From positions 18,053-50,052 of the forward strand of contig JAGTJX010000004.1 of NCBI GenBank assembly GCA_023657465.1: a stretch of 32,000 nucleotides of DNA. Direction: 5' to 3'. This DNA is from Lysobacteraceae bacterium. GTDB taxonomy: Bacteria > Bdellovibrionota > UBA1018 > JAGTJX01. Position numbers and translations under genes: made by a program. Within the stretch, counting starts at the first letter, position 1. Every line of letters starts with the position of its first letter. Below the pieces are notes generated by a model. It was not told the DNA's origin. It made no database searches and saw only the letters and a list, made by a program, of their open reading frames with translations. This document shows positions 9,850 to 19,353 of this stretch, piece after piece.

Positions 9850-10105
9850 TCGCGCCTTCTGCACAATACTATTTTGATACTTTCTGAACACACCCACAAG
9901 TAGTTTATATCAGCGGATGAGTGCTCCCTCTTTCTTTTTCAATCCGCACTCGAACGGGCTCCTGCCCTTTTATGGGAGCGCATCCAGCTCCATAAAATCT
10001 TGTGCTAATAGAAAAAGAAAGAGGGAGAGGCATGCAAAGCATGAGCTGTCTACTTGTGGGGTGTGTTCAGAAAGTATGAGACTACTGCTTTGCAGAAGGC
10101 GCGAT
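9848..10105. repeat. Long-arm inverted-repeat element (MITE-like, or bidirectional terminator derived)
   Basis: Left: ATCGCGCCTTCTGCA...ATACTTTCTGAACACACCC-ACAAGTAG...CTCCCTCTTTCTTTTTC. The reverse complement of 10010-10105 reads ATCGCGCCTTCTGCA...ATACTTTCTGAACACACCCCACAAGTAG...CTCCCTCTTTCTTTTTC. Arms are ~90 nt. Confidence 0.8.
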
Positions 10106-11434
10106 AACAGAGTCTTGGGTGGTCCACCACTGTCCGAAATTCTCAATCGTCTGTTCAGACATCTTCTGTCTTAAGTCATCGCGTTTGAGTCCTGTGACAC
10201 CGGTGAAGAGAATCGGATTGAACAATCCAAAGTGAATATTAGAAGGCTGATAGTAATTGGGCTCAGATCCTGTGATGTGAGAGAGAAGTGCACCCAGAGC
10301 AGTGTTGAGTGGAGGAGGAGTGTAGGCTGCTCCCATGACTCTCTGATAAGCGAAGAAAGCTGCAAGAAGTCCACATGCTGATGATTCAACATAGCCTTCA
10401 ACGCCAGTGATCTGACCTGCTAGAAAAATATTAGAACGAGACTTAAGCGACAGATCTGGATTCAAAACCTTGGGTCCACAGACGTAAGTGTTTCTGTGGA
10501 TCGAACCTAAACGTAAGAACTCAACATTCTTAAGAGCGGGTATCATTTTGAATACGCGAGACTGTTCGCTGTACTTCAGTTTGGTTTGGAATCCCACGAT
10601 GTTGTAAGCAGTCTTGGCAATATTCTCAGAGCGGAGCTGCACGCATGCCCAAGGTCTGCGACCTGTCTTGGGATCAGTGAGTCCTACTGGCTTCATAGGT
10701 CCAAAACGTAAGCTTTCACGCCCTCCAGCTGCGATGGCCTCAATAGGTTGGCAACCTTGGAAGAAGTTTTCTTTCTCGAAGTTCTTGGGAGGGACTTTTT
10801 CCGCTGCGATCAGTGCATCGATGAATGCTTCGTATTCTTCCTTGTTCATCGGGCAATTGATGTAGGCACTCTCGCCACCTTTGTCGTAGCGATTGGCCAA
10901 GAATGATTTCTCAGGGTCGATGCTGTCTGCACTCACGATGGGTGCAATAGCATCATAAAAGTAGAGATCTCCTTCCCCTGTAGATTTTGCAATCCAAGAG
11001 GAGAGTGAATCTGAAGTGAGAGGTCCTGTAGCAATAATGGTGGGTGCTCCAAATTCAGGTGCAGAAACTTCTTCATTAACGAATGTAATGTTTGGGTGGT
11101 TTTTTAACTTCTCAGTAATGTATTTAGAAAATTGAACACGATCGACTGTGAGCGCTTCACCACCCGCGACGGCAGAGTCTTCGGCAGACTTCAGAATGAG
11201 AGAGCCCATTCTGATCATTTCGGCTTTTAGCATTCCAGGGGCAGAGGAGGGGGACTTGGACTTCAGGGAGTTGCTACAGACTAACTCTGCGCATTCGCCC
11301 GAATGATGGGCTTCGGTCATCTTGATGGGTCTCATTTCGTGAATCTCGACATGAATTCCATGTTCAGCCAACCAAAAAGCAGCTTCACTACCCGCTAAAC
11401 CGCTTCCTACGATGTGGATGTTTTTTTTGCCCAT
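10082..11434 (-). CDS. trmFO: Methylenetetrahydrofolate--tRNA-(uracil-5-)-methyltransferase
   Basis: IHIVGSGLAGSEAAFWLAEHGIHVEIHEMRP...HHSGECAELVCSNSLKS and ITGVEGYVESSACGLLA are diagnostic of TrmFO/Gid. Confidence 0.95.
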   Translation of the reverse strand: MGKKNIHIVGSGLAGSEAAFWLAEHGIHVEIHEMRPIKMTEAHHSGECAELVCSNSLKSKSPSSAPGMLKAEMIRMGSLILKSAEDSAVAGGEALTVDRVQFSKYITEKLKNHPNITFVNEEVSAPEFGAPTIIATGPLTSDSLSSWIAKSTGEGDLYFYDAIAPIVSADSIDPEKSFLANRYDKGGESAYINCPMNKEEYEAFIDALIAAEKVPPKNFEKENFFQGCQPIEAIAAGGRESLRFGPMKPVGLTDPKTGRRPWACVQLRSENIAKTAYNIVGFQTKLKYSEQSRVFKMIPALKNVEFLRLGSIHRNTYVCGPKVLNPDLSLKSRSNIFLAGQITGVEGYVESSACGLLAAFFAYQRVMGAAYTPPPLNTALGALLSHITGSEPNYYQPSNIHFGLFNPILFTGVTGLKRDDLRQKMSEQTIENFGQWWTTQDSVIAPSAKQ

Positions 11435-11460
11435 GGCGAGCTGTCTAACACGGGCTTATA

Positions 11461-12375
11461 ATGATGTTAAGGATGAAGATTAAAGCAGCAATCACACGCT
11501 TCCTGGCTCATTTGACTGATGGAATTCAGGCATCTCCCCATACGGTCAGGGCTTATGAGGGAGATCTCATGAAGGGGTTACTTCCATGGGCAGAGAAGCA
11601 GGGGTGGTCGACGCTCTCACAGATTGAGAGTGGTCTATCTAAAGTCGAGCTGAGAACTTATATTTCGGAGCTCCTGGTTGATCACGAGAAGACTTCAGTG
11701 GTGAGAAGGCTTTCTTGTTTCAGAGCGTTCTTCCAATATCTCTATTCTCAGGGTCTCATCGATACGGATCTAGCAGTCAAAATTCCACTTCCTAAGATCT
11801 CAAAGCCACTTCCAGTGTTTCTCAAGATTGAAGAATTAGGAATGCTCATTGAATCTGTCCAGGGCGAGGATTTCTTCAAGCTTCGGGACCGAGCACTGAT
11901 CGAACTCATGTATGGTGCAGGGATCAGAGTCAGCGAAGTAGTGACTCTCAAGTGCTCAAATGTAGATCTCTCCCAAGGTTGGGTGAAGGTCATCGGTAAA
12001 GGCTCAAAAGAGCGAATGGTTCCCATTGGAAAAAAAACCGTGCAAGCACTTCAGGAGTACATGAAGTTTTTAAATGAGACTGCTCAAGCGCCAATTTTCG
12101 TAAATACGGGGAACAGACCACTCACGACTCGTGGGGTAAATGATATTCTTAAGCGTAGGCAATCTCAGGCAGGTCTAGAGAGACCGGTCTCTGCTCACGG
12201 GTTGCGTCACAGTTTTGCAACCCATCTCATGGCTGGTGGAGCGGATCTTAGGGTCATTCAAGAGATGTTGGGACACGTCACGCTGAGTACGACTCAGAAG
12301 TATACTCATTTGGATTTGGATCGGTTGTCTGAAGAAGTACTGATGCATCATCCTTTGAACAAAAAGGAAAAATAA
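11461..12375 (+). CDS. xerC: Tyrosine recombinase, XerC type
   Basis: Catalytic pattern: YGAGIRVSEVVTLK, KGSKERMVPI, HGLRHSFATHLMAGGADLRVIQEMLGHVTLSTTQKYTHLD. Confidence 0.9.
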   Translation: MMLRMKIKAAITRFLAHLTDGIQASPHTVRAYEGDLMKGLLPWAEKQGWSTLSQIESGLSKVELRTYISELLVDHEKTSVVRRLSCFRAFFQYLYSQGLIDTDLAVKIPLPKISKPLPVFLKIEELGMLIESVQGEDFFKLRDRALIELMYGAGIRVSEVVTLKCSNVDLSQGWVKVIGKGSKERMVPIGKKTVQALQEYMKFLNETAQAPIFVNTGNRPLTTRGVNDILKRRQSQAGLERPVSAHGLRHSFATHLMAGGADLRVIQEMLGHVTLSTTQKYTHLDLDRLSEEVLMHHPLNKKEK

Positions 12376-12396
12376 GCTACCTTAGCCTCATCTCTC

Positions 12397-13014
12397 ATGG
12401 ATCATCTTGTTGATTTTCTTTTGAATTTTTACGGCCCTACTCCTTACCTGATTATCTTTGGAGTTTTGCTTGCCTGCGGTCTCGGAGTTCCCATTCCAGA
12501 GGACATCACGCTCTTCGCAGCAGGTCTCATGGCTTACTACGGAGTTTCAGATCTCTATCTCATGATTGCCGTGAGCTTAGTGGGAGTGATGATGGGGGAT
12601 TCGATTATTTTTTGGTTGGGTCGTACAATCGGTTCTCAACTCACTAAGAAATGGTTTTTTGCAAAACTGCTTCCTCCTGATAGACTGGATCACGTAGGTA
12701 AGTTATTTCAAACACGCGGTAACAAATTATTATTTGCCGCAAGATTCATGCCGGGACTTCGTGCTCCAGTGTTTTTCTCAGCGGGTGTTCTCAAAGTGCC
12801 ATTCAAAACATTTTTCTTCTATGACGGAAGTGCGGCTCTCATCAGTGTTCCACTCATCATTGGTGCGGTTTATAAATTCGGAGACGAGCTAGACCAAGTC
12901 GTGCGAGTGATCAAGAAAATCGAAGGCGGAATAGTCATCGTCATTGCAGTAGTGATTCTAGGCATTATGGGTAAATGGTATTTCTCTCGCAAAAGAAAAA
13001 TAAAAGAAGCATGA
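12397..13014 (+). CDS. DedA/SNARE-associated family membrane protein
   Basis: GLGVPIPEDITLFAAGLMAYYG...GDSIIFWLGRTIG...FAARFMPGLRAPVFFSAGVLKVPFKTF, typical DedA organisation. Confidence 0.88.
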   Translation: MDHLVDFLLNFYGPTPYLIIFGVLLACGLGVPIPEDITLFAAGLMAYYGVSDLYLMIAVSLVGVMMGDSIIFWLGRTIGSQLTKKWFFAKLLPPDRLDHVGKLFQTRGNKLLFAARFMPGLRAPVFFSAGVLKVPFKTFFFYDGSAALISVPLIIGAVYKFGDELDQVVRVIKKIEGGIVIVIAVVILGIMGKWYFSRKRKIKEA

Positions 13015-13889
13015 GAATGATTCCATTTATAATTTTAATGCAGTTGTTTTCTCTTCAAGCAAGAGCGACACCAGAAATCGATACGCTTTGCCAGGAAATC
13101 GACTTAGAAGTGAATGCTTTGAAGTGGAAGCTCCCGAGCTGCAATAAACTTGCGGAATGGAAAAGTCTGGGACAATCCGTAAAAGGTCGACCCCTCATTT
13201 ATGCTGAATTCGGAAACCCTGAATCAAAAAATACAACACTGATATTCTCCATGGTTCACGGTGATGAAATCACACCATTATTTATTGGTTTGAAGCTTGC
13301 AGACTGGCTTAAGCAGCAGCCAGTGATGCTCAAGACCCATCGTATTATTGTAGCTCCTCTGGTTAACCCAGATTCCTTCTTCTCTACACCGAGAACACGA
13401 GTGAATGCTCGTGGAGTTGATGTGAATCGGAATCTAGGCACTCTGGATTGGAAGTCCAAAGCGCTCCAGGCTTGGAAAACACAGTTCAAATCAGACAAAC
13501 GTAGATTCCCAGGTAATGAGCCTGACTCTGAGCCTGAAACGATATTTCAAAAAGACTTAATCAAGCTCACCAATCCTTCAAAAATCATGTCCGTTCATTC
13601 ACCTCTCAATCACTTGGATTACGATGGACCAACGACACTCTCTTTGTGGCGTTTTCCAAAAGACTATGTGGAAGAATGCATTAGGCTCAGTCAAAAAGTA
13701 AAAGCAAAATCTACAGGTTATTTTATTGGATCATTAGGTAACTATGCTGGAACAGAAAGAGGTATACCTACTTTCACCATGGAGTTACCTACTGCGAATC
13801 CCAAGAAAGCTTGGGATTATTGGCTTATCTTTAAAGCTGGGATCTATACAGTGATTCAGCATGGAGTTCCTAGAGTTGTCACGCATTAG
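13011..13889 (+). CDS. Exported M14-family zinc carboxypeptidase, MpaA-like (murein peptide amidase)
   Basis: Signal peptide; HGDE, NARGVDVNRNLGTLDW, SVHSPLNHLDYDGP and GTERGIPTFTMELP motifs. Internal start at 13011 gives an ATGA overlap with the DedA gene. Confidence 0.82.
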   Translation: MRMIPFIILMQLFSLQARATPEIDTLCQEIDLEVNALKWKLPSCNKLAEWKSLGQSVKGRPLIYAEFGNPESKNTTLIFSMVHGDEITPLFIGLKLADWLKQQPVMLKTHRIIVAPLVNPDSFFSTPRTRVNARGVDVNRNLGTLDWKSKALQAWKTQFKSDKRRFPGNEPDSEPETIFQKDLIKLTNPSKIMSVHSPLNHLDYDGPTTLSLWRFPKDYVEECIRLSQKVKAKSTGYFIGSLGNYAGTERGIPTFTMELPTANPKKAWDYWLIFKAGIYTVIQHGVPRVVTH

Positions 13890-14227
13890 CGCATTGAAGG
13901 ATTGAGTCTAGCCCATGCTGCAGAAGCTGGGTTACGGATAGGTGCAATTCTGTACCAATCACCATCCGAGTCGATGATTTGGTAGTCTTCTTTTTTGGCT
14001 AATCTTCCCACAATCGGAAAATAATCTGCAGGTCCTGATCTGAGTTCAAGTGAAGCATTGTCAGTTGAAAGTTTTGCAGAAAGAGGATGGGCGCGAGTGA
14101 TCGTAATGACGGGCTTCTTCTGAAGTTCTGCTAGTTTCTGAGATCCAGATACTGTTAAACCCACTCCAACGATAATGGACATCACTGATGAAAAAATAAA
14201 GGCTTTACTGAGTAAGTTAATTTTCAT
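13886..14227 (-). CDS. Membrane-anchored or exported SH3b-domain protein
   Basis: N-terminal hydrophobic segment then ASLELRSGPADYFPIVGRLAKKEDYQIIDSDGDWYRI, a bacterial SH3-like pattern. Confidence 0.7.
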   Translation of the reverse strand: MKINLLSKAFIFSSVMSIIVGVGLTVSGSQKLAELQKKPVITITRAHPLSAKLSTDNASLELRSGPADYFPIVGRLAKKEDYQIIDSDGDWYRIAPIRNPASAAWARLNPSMR

Positions 14228-14243
14228 CGTTCCTCAGGTTTAA

Positions 14244-15053
14244 TTATCTTACAGTTTCAGGAACTGTTTCAACCGGAACGTTTTGCCTAGAAGGCTCTTT
14301 GAAACCACTAAAAGGTATGGCGTGGATATCAGGGTGGAGTACGCGGACTACGACTCGGCGATTTTTTCCCATCGCTTCTTCACTGAGTTCTCCAGAGGGA
14401 GTGCGATCAGTGAGTTTGGGACGAGTGTCTCCGTACCCTATGGCTAGCATGTGAACAGGTAAAAACTTATTATCAATGAATTGTCTGACGATGCGAGAAG
14501 CCCTTGCTCCGGAGAGCTCCCAGTTTGAAGGGTAGATGCCACCAATAATGGGACGTTGGTCCGTATGGCCTTCAATGACAACGTTGTAATTTAACTTTTT
14601 TCGCTCTTGAGATTTCTTGATGGCGTTAGTAAGTTTTCCTAATACAAGTTTGCCATTGTCGGTAACATCAGCACTTCCAGTAATGAAAAACACTGCTGAT
14701 TCAAAAGTCACACTGACTCCCGTTTCATCGCTTGTGACGATGGACTCTTTATCAAGTCCAGCTTCTTGAATCATGTTTGAAATTTCTTTTTGAATATCTG
14801 CTGAAGGATTTTGATACTCGCCTTTGAAGTGCTTTGAGATTTCTTCTCTGACTTTTTCGAATTTGCCTTTTTCGAGATTTGCGAGACTGAACATCATGAT
14901 GAAGAATCCACAAAGGAGTGTCATCATGTCAGCATAAGAAATCAGCCAGTTGCCTTCACCTTCTTCTACATGTGGAGCGCTTGTATGATGTTCATACCTT
15001 TTGTCCTCATGGATCTCTGTCTGTTTTTTCTTAAATAAACTACGAATCGCCAT
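14244..15053 (-). CDS. motB: MotB-like stator protein
   Basis: GNWLISYADMMTLLCGFFIMMFS TM segment with the conserved Asp and OmpA-like VIEGHTDQRP...NWELSGARA. Confidence 0.92.
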   Translation of the reverse strand: MAIRSLFKKKQTEIHEDKRYEHHTSAPHVEEGEGNWLISYADMMTLLCGFFIMMFSLANLEKGKFEKVREEISKHFKGEYQNPSADIQKEISNMIQEAGLDKESIVTSDETGVSVTFESAVFFITGSADVTDNGKLVLGKLTNAIKKSQERKKLNYNVVIEGHTDQRPIIGGIYPSNWELSGARASRIVRQFIDNKFLPVHMLAIGYGDTRPKLTDRTPSGELSEEAMGKNRRVVVRVLHPDIHAIPFSGFKEPSRQNVPVETVPETVR

Positions 15054-15057
15054 CGAA

Positions 15058-15843
15058 TTATGCCGCGGCTTTCTTCACAACGCGATCCTTTGGTAGAAGG
15101 AAAGAGTTTAAGCTCTCGCGCATTGCTATGGGGTTTGTGCTTTGTTTAAGAAGTAGAGCGCCTTCGATGATCATTCTTCGAAGCATGATTTCATCTTTGG
15201 TTCTCTCGGCGAGATTCTCTGCAATAGGAATGAAAACCATGTTGGCAAGTGTAATTCCGTAAAGAGTACCTACGAGACCAATTGACATCGCAGGTCCGAT
15301 CATTTTCTCAGCTCCGGGTTGACCTAGCTTTTGAAGAAGTGCAATCATCCCTAGAGTAGTAGCCAGAAGACCGAATGCTGGAGGAAACTTACCGATGACT
15401 CTAAACATGTTGGCTTCGTACATGTAGCGTGCTTCGATTGTTTTTAAGCGAGTCTCAAGCACTTGTCTAATCTCTTTTTCACTGAGTACTCCGTTTGAAA
15501 CGAGTGAAACAGCTTCTTTGAGGAATTCATGTTTGAGAGTAGGAACGACTTCGCTGATTGCAGATAAACCAGCTACAGCTTTTTTGTTGAGTTCTAAGAA
15601 CTGTTCAATGATGTGTTGATGGCTTGCGTGATTGATTCCTAAGACGCGAAGGAAGAAAACTTTTGTAAGAGCAAGAAGCTTAGTTACTGGGAAGCAGATA
15701 CTAGCAGCTGCTAAAGTTCCGCCGATAACGATTACGACTCCGTGGAAGTTTAAGAAGAACGCCATCTCCATTCCTGATTCATGAAGAGAGGCAACTACGA
15801 TCCCTAATCCCAATAGAACTCCAAAAAGTGAGGATAGATTCAA
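15058..15843 (-). CDS. motA: MotA-like stator protein
   Basis: Four hydrophobic segments; GVVIVIGGTLAAA, FRVIGKFPPAFGLLATTLGMIALL, GLVGTLYGITLANMVFIPIAENL. Confidence 0.93.
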   Translation of the reverse strand: MNLSSLFGVLLGLGIVVASLHESGMEMAFFLNFHGVVIVIGGTLAAASICFPVTKLLALTKVFFLRVLGINHASHQHIIEQFLELNKKAVAGLSAISEVVPTLKHEFLKEAVSLVSNGVLSEKEIRQVLETRLKTIEARYMYEANMFRVIGKFPPAFGLLATTLGMIALLQKLGQPGAEKMIGPAMSIGLVGTLYGITLANMVFIPIAENLAERTKDEIMLRRMIIEGALLLKQSTNPIAMRESLNSFLLPKDRVVKKAAA

Positions 15844-15845
15844 GA

Positions 15846-16355
15846 TTATGCAGCCTCCTTACGACGTGCAAGAGCTGTTTTCCACAGCTGGTATTGACTA
15901 ATGACGTATTTTTGATCTGTTTCTCTGAGACGAGCAATCATTGTGTCGATGCATGATTTGTAAAATCGCATTTTTCTAGAATCATCGCTCATGACATAGG
16001 CTTCAAACTTCTCTCTAGAAATCTGAAACACTTGGCAGTCCATGAGCGCTCTTACGGTTGCTGATCTTGGATTGTTATCGATGAGAGAGAGCTCACCAAA
16101 CACTGCGCCGGGCTGCAAGTGACCTAAGTCGTATTGATTGCTTCCCATCGGATTGGCCTTACTCACTCCGACTTGTCCATCAAGAAGTACGAACATACCA
16201 CCTTTGGTATCTCCTTCAATCATGATGTTGGTGTGAGCTTGTACGGCATAAGTTTCTCCAGTAGAAATTAACTCTTGGATCTCTTCATCAGTGAATCCAG
16301 AAAGGAGTTTCACTTCTTTGATCGTTTCTACAGTTGGAGCTTGTATCTCTGTCAT
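15846..16355 (-). CDS. Cyclic nucleotide-binding (CNB/CAP-sensor) domain protein without HTH
   Basis: HLQPGAVFGELSLIDNNPRSATVRALMDCQVFQISREKF phosphate-binding cassette. Confidence 0.88.
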   Translation of the reverse strand: MTEIQAPTVETIKEVKLLSGFTDEEIQELISTGETYAVQAHTNIMIEGDTKGGMFVLLDGQVGVSKANPMGSNQYDLGHLQPGAVFGELSLIDNNPRSATVRALMDCQVFQISREKFEAYVMSDDSRKMRFYKSCIDTMIARLRETDQKYVISQYQLWKTALARRKEAA

Positions 16356-18616
16356 CCAGCCGCCTTGTAGAGAGCTGTATTCTCTCCGAACATTCTCTCA
16401 TTGGTTTCAATGAGATTAATGTGTCCATCTGTTGCCATGACTTTAATTCGGTTGAGTGCTTTTCGCTCAACCGCCATGTAGGCTTCTCTGTTTGGTGCTG
16501 GGAAGTTTGCTAGCTCTTCTTGTAATTCTTCTACTAAGTTAGTGGGTGCTTTTGAGAATACAACTCCACGAATTTCGTCGCTTGTACCGCGCAAGAAGGT
16601 AAGGAGCTCTTCGTGTTTGAGAGAAAGTACAAGATCAAGTAATTGATTGTCTTGCAAGTACTTGAGAGTCTCAAGACTGACTAACTTACTCTTAATAGTA
16701 CGAACACTATCAGGATTCACTGATCCTAGTGAGTGAACGACAGACTTCTGAGTTTCAGAATTAGACTTCTCAAGAAGAGTCACTAGCACATCTGACCCTG
16801 GTAATGCCTCTGTATTGAGTCTTGGATTTTCCACACGTTTACGTTTCAACGCGCTTGAGACGTTGTGAATATAATCTCTTGGTAAGTGGTCGATCCGTGT
16901 GAGTTCGGTTAATAGCTTCATTTTCACATCTTCTTCAAGATGTTGATAGATAGCGTTTCGTCTTTGGTGATCGACTTGAGTGAGAACGACAGCCTTTACT
17001 GTGAGAGATTCATTTCTTACGAGTTCAACAACTTGGAGTGCGTCCATTTCGACTAAGAAGTCGAAAAGACTTGAAGCCCGTGAACCCATAACGACCATCT
17101 TAGCTGCGACGGTTCTGTTATGAAGGTGTCTTAAGAGTTCAAGAGCGTCATCGTCTGCAATCTCTGTAGGGTTCTTAGCGTAATACTCCATGAGTTCTTG
17201 TAGATCTCCTTGAAGAGAAGGGTCTTTCAGCATGTCGATGACTACGCTTTCACCAAACATATGAATGTATTGTGCTGTGATTTCCATTCCTTCTTCTGTC
17301 AGGATTCTACTAAATACGTGTTTAGCGACTTTTGGCTGTTCGGCAAAAATCGTTGATAGCTCTTCTTTAAGCCGCTCGATTTCGTATCGCTTTGCAATAA
17401 TTGCTCCCTTGTCAGACCCACTACCAGAGTCTCCACCTGACTTGTATGTTGAGGGTGCGCTTGTAGATACTGGATCAGAAGTAAGGGATTGAAATATTCT
17501 GGAGACTCCAGATTTAGATTCACTACGAGAACCTCTAGCGCCAGCTATTGCGATGAAGATAAGAAGTAAAAGAATGGCGCAGCTGAAAATGAGCCCATAG
17601 ACTTTGAACTTTTGTAGTTCAGATTGAACTGCATCGCCATTTTCTACTCGTTCAATCTTTTCAAAACGTTCAAAACGTTCTTGTCTAGCAGTGTTGTGAT
17701 GTTCGTTTGAATTCTTGAATTCAGTATTGCTTGTTTTCTTATCTTCTGTTGAAGCAAATTTTCTATCTGTGTTCTCAGAGTTATTATTGGTAGTGTCGTT
17801 TTTGCTACTTGAACTAGAAGAATTATATCCGTTTGGATCCATGAGTGAACCAATCGACACGCCAGAGCTGGTCTTAGGGAACTTCATTACCTTAGACTTC
17901 ACATCTGCGTACTTCAGAAAGTTTGTTTTGAGTTTTGCCATCTCAATGATGTTGCGTTGCTCTTCGCCTGCAAGTACATCATTCATGAGTAGGGTACTAG
18001 AAACACGGTTGACCTTAATTGCGAAATCGCCATCTTGGAAAAACTCACCTGGAGAAGCGTATTGAGCTTCTTCAGTGTTGACTGGTTCGGCATTGATCTC
18101 GAAGTCAGCCATAATACAATTCTCAGGACAGACTTGTCCAATTAGCTCGTTCACGGCTTCTTTATATTGTCTAGAAACTCTCTCCCGTAGTTCTGCAAAC
18201 TTGCGAGCCGATGTTGCAGGTTGTGGAAACTTAGCGCTGGTCGTATCGATTCCTACTAAGTAGTTGAGACCTTCTAAGTTCTTCTTCATGAGATTGATGA
18301 AGTTATCTCGGGTTCCATTACCCAACATCGTATCGACTAAAATTTTTACTTTTGCTGATGCTGGTTTAAGATCAATTTCGTTAGAAAGAGTACGATCAGA
18401 GAATCCTGGAAGGAATTCGTCTGGTGTGGCCACTTCAACTTCAGCGTCTACTCCTAATAGCTTACATTGGTCAGGACAATATTTTGTGAGGAGTGGATCG
18501 ATGATTGCTCGAATGTCCGATTCAGACTTGCGCTTCACTTCTTCTACTGCACTGACTCTTTTTGCGTGCGACTCATTAGCACTGAATAGTATCGCTACAA
18601 ATAAAATAAACCTCAT
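16352..18616 (-). CDS. Exported single-TM protein with FliF-like periplasmic part and FliG-like C-terminal region
   Basis: Signal peptide (MRFILFVAILFSANESHA); VNRVSSTLLMNDVLAGEEQRNIIEMAKLK...VMKFP; TM FKVYGLIFSCAILLLLIFIAIAG; C-terminal YLQDNQLLDLVLSLKHEELLTFLRGTSDEIRGVVFSKAPTNLVEELQEELANF resembling FliG. Confidence 0.72.
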   Translation of the reverse strand: MRFILFVAILFSANESHAKRVSAVEEVKRKSESDIRAIIDPLLTKYCPDQCKLLGVDAEVEVATPDEFLPGFSDRTLSNEIDLKPASAKVKILVDTMLGNGTRDNFINLMKKNLEGLNYLVGIDTTSAKFPQPATSARKFAELRERVSRQYKEAVNELIGQVCPENCIMADFEINAEPVNTEEAQYASPGEFFQDGDFAIKVNRVSSTLLMNDVLAGEEQRNIIEMAKLKTNFLKYADVKSKVMKFPKTSSGVSIGSLMDPNGYNSSSSSSKNDTTNNNSENTDRKFASTEDKKTSNTEFKNSNEHHNTARQERFERFEKIERVENGDAVQSELQKFKVYGLIFSCAILLLLIFIAIAGARGSRSESKSGVSRIFQSLTSDPVSTSAPSTYKSGGDSGSGSDKGAIIAKRYEIERLKEELSTIFAEQPKVAKHVFSRILTEEGMEITAQYIHMFGESVVIDMLKDPSLQGDLQELMEYYAKNPTEIADDDALELLRHLHNRTVAAKMVVMGSRASSLFDFLVEMDALQVVELVRNESLTVKAVVLTQVDHQRRNAIYQHLEEDVKMKLLTELTRIDHLPRDYIHNVSSALKRKRVENPRLNTEALPGSDVLVTLLEKSNSETQKSVVHSLGSVNPDSVRTIKSKLVSLETLKYLQDNQLLDLVLSLKHEELLTFLRGTSDEIRGVVFSKAPTNLVEELQEELANFPAPNREAYMAVERKALNRIKVMATDGHINLIETNERMFGENTALYKAAG

Positions 18617-19335
18617 GGCGATGCTAACTTCCGTGATTGAACATATTTTTGTCTGTCGACAAATTTCTTTAATCCTATATTACTTGGATTAAACTCAAGG
18701 GCTTGGCCCCATGCCTTGATTGCTAAGTCTTGATAGCCTAACTTCTGAAGCACAGTCCCTCGCATTTCATAAAGTTTAGGATTGGTAGGATATTGTCTGA
18801 TCATTGGATCTACTTCAAGAAGCGCTGCTTCGAATCTACCCATGTTGTAGAGCTGTTTTACTTTATCAATCTTAGCAAGATAGCTACCATCAGAATCTGG
18901 TGTTTCATCTTGAGTAGGAGCAAGACCTAAGCCATTTTCAATTTCACGTCTTTTCCATTCATCGTTTGGATTACCTTTTGGAAAAGTTTGTTCAATCTCT
19001 CTATCTGCGATGGTTGGCTTTCTCTCATCATAGGTATAGTCGTACTGAGTATTCGATGCGACATTTCTTCCGCTGCTATTCATTTCATTAAAATCAGGAT
19101 TCATTGGCATAATAACATCGGTGATGTCTTTATCGGATTCTGGGATTTCGACTTCAATTGATCGATCGCCTTTTTTAGTTCTGAAAATCATTGGAGATTT
19201 AGATGCTTTAGCTGCGTTGTAGAAATCACCAAACGGGTTTTCAATAGGCTGAGCGCTTTCTTCTTTAGTTGAGAAAGCAGAACATCCAATCATGGTTGTC
19301 ATGAGCAATATGCTAAATATATTTTTCAAACTCAT
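18613..19335 (-). CDS. Lipoprotein with C-terminal TPR region
   Basis: Lipobox-like MMTTMIGC; YNMGRFEAALLEVDPMIRQYPTNPKLYEMRGTVLQKLGYQDLAIKAWGQALEFNPSN. Confidence 0.78.
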   Translation of the reverse strand: MSLKNIFSILLMTTMIGCSAFSTKEESAQPIENPFGDFYNAAKASKSPMIFRTKKGDRSIEVEIPESDKDITDVIMPMNPDFNEMNSSGRNVASNTQYDYTYDERKPTIADREIEQTFPKGNPNDEWKRREIENGLGLAPTQDETPDSDGSYLAKIDKVKQLYNMGRFEAALLEVDPMIRQYPTNPKLYEMRGTVLQKLGYQDLAIKAWGQALEFNPSNIGLKKFVDRQKYVQSRKLASP

Positions 19336-19353
19336 TTAACCCTAGCCTCCGAT

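Noticed and set aside
9917-10174. 85-aa plus-strand ORF as a possible transposase piece
   Set aside because: It runs through the inverted-repeat element into trmFO antisense; composition is not protein-like.
11461-12375. Tyrosine recombinase as the integrase of the downstream cassette-like array
   Set aside because: Sequence looks like housekeeping XerC, lacks a recognisable integron-specific insert, and is ~10 kb away beyond conserved genes.
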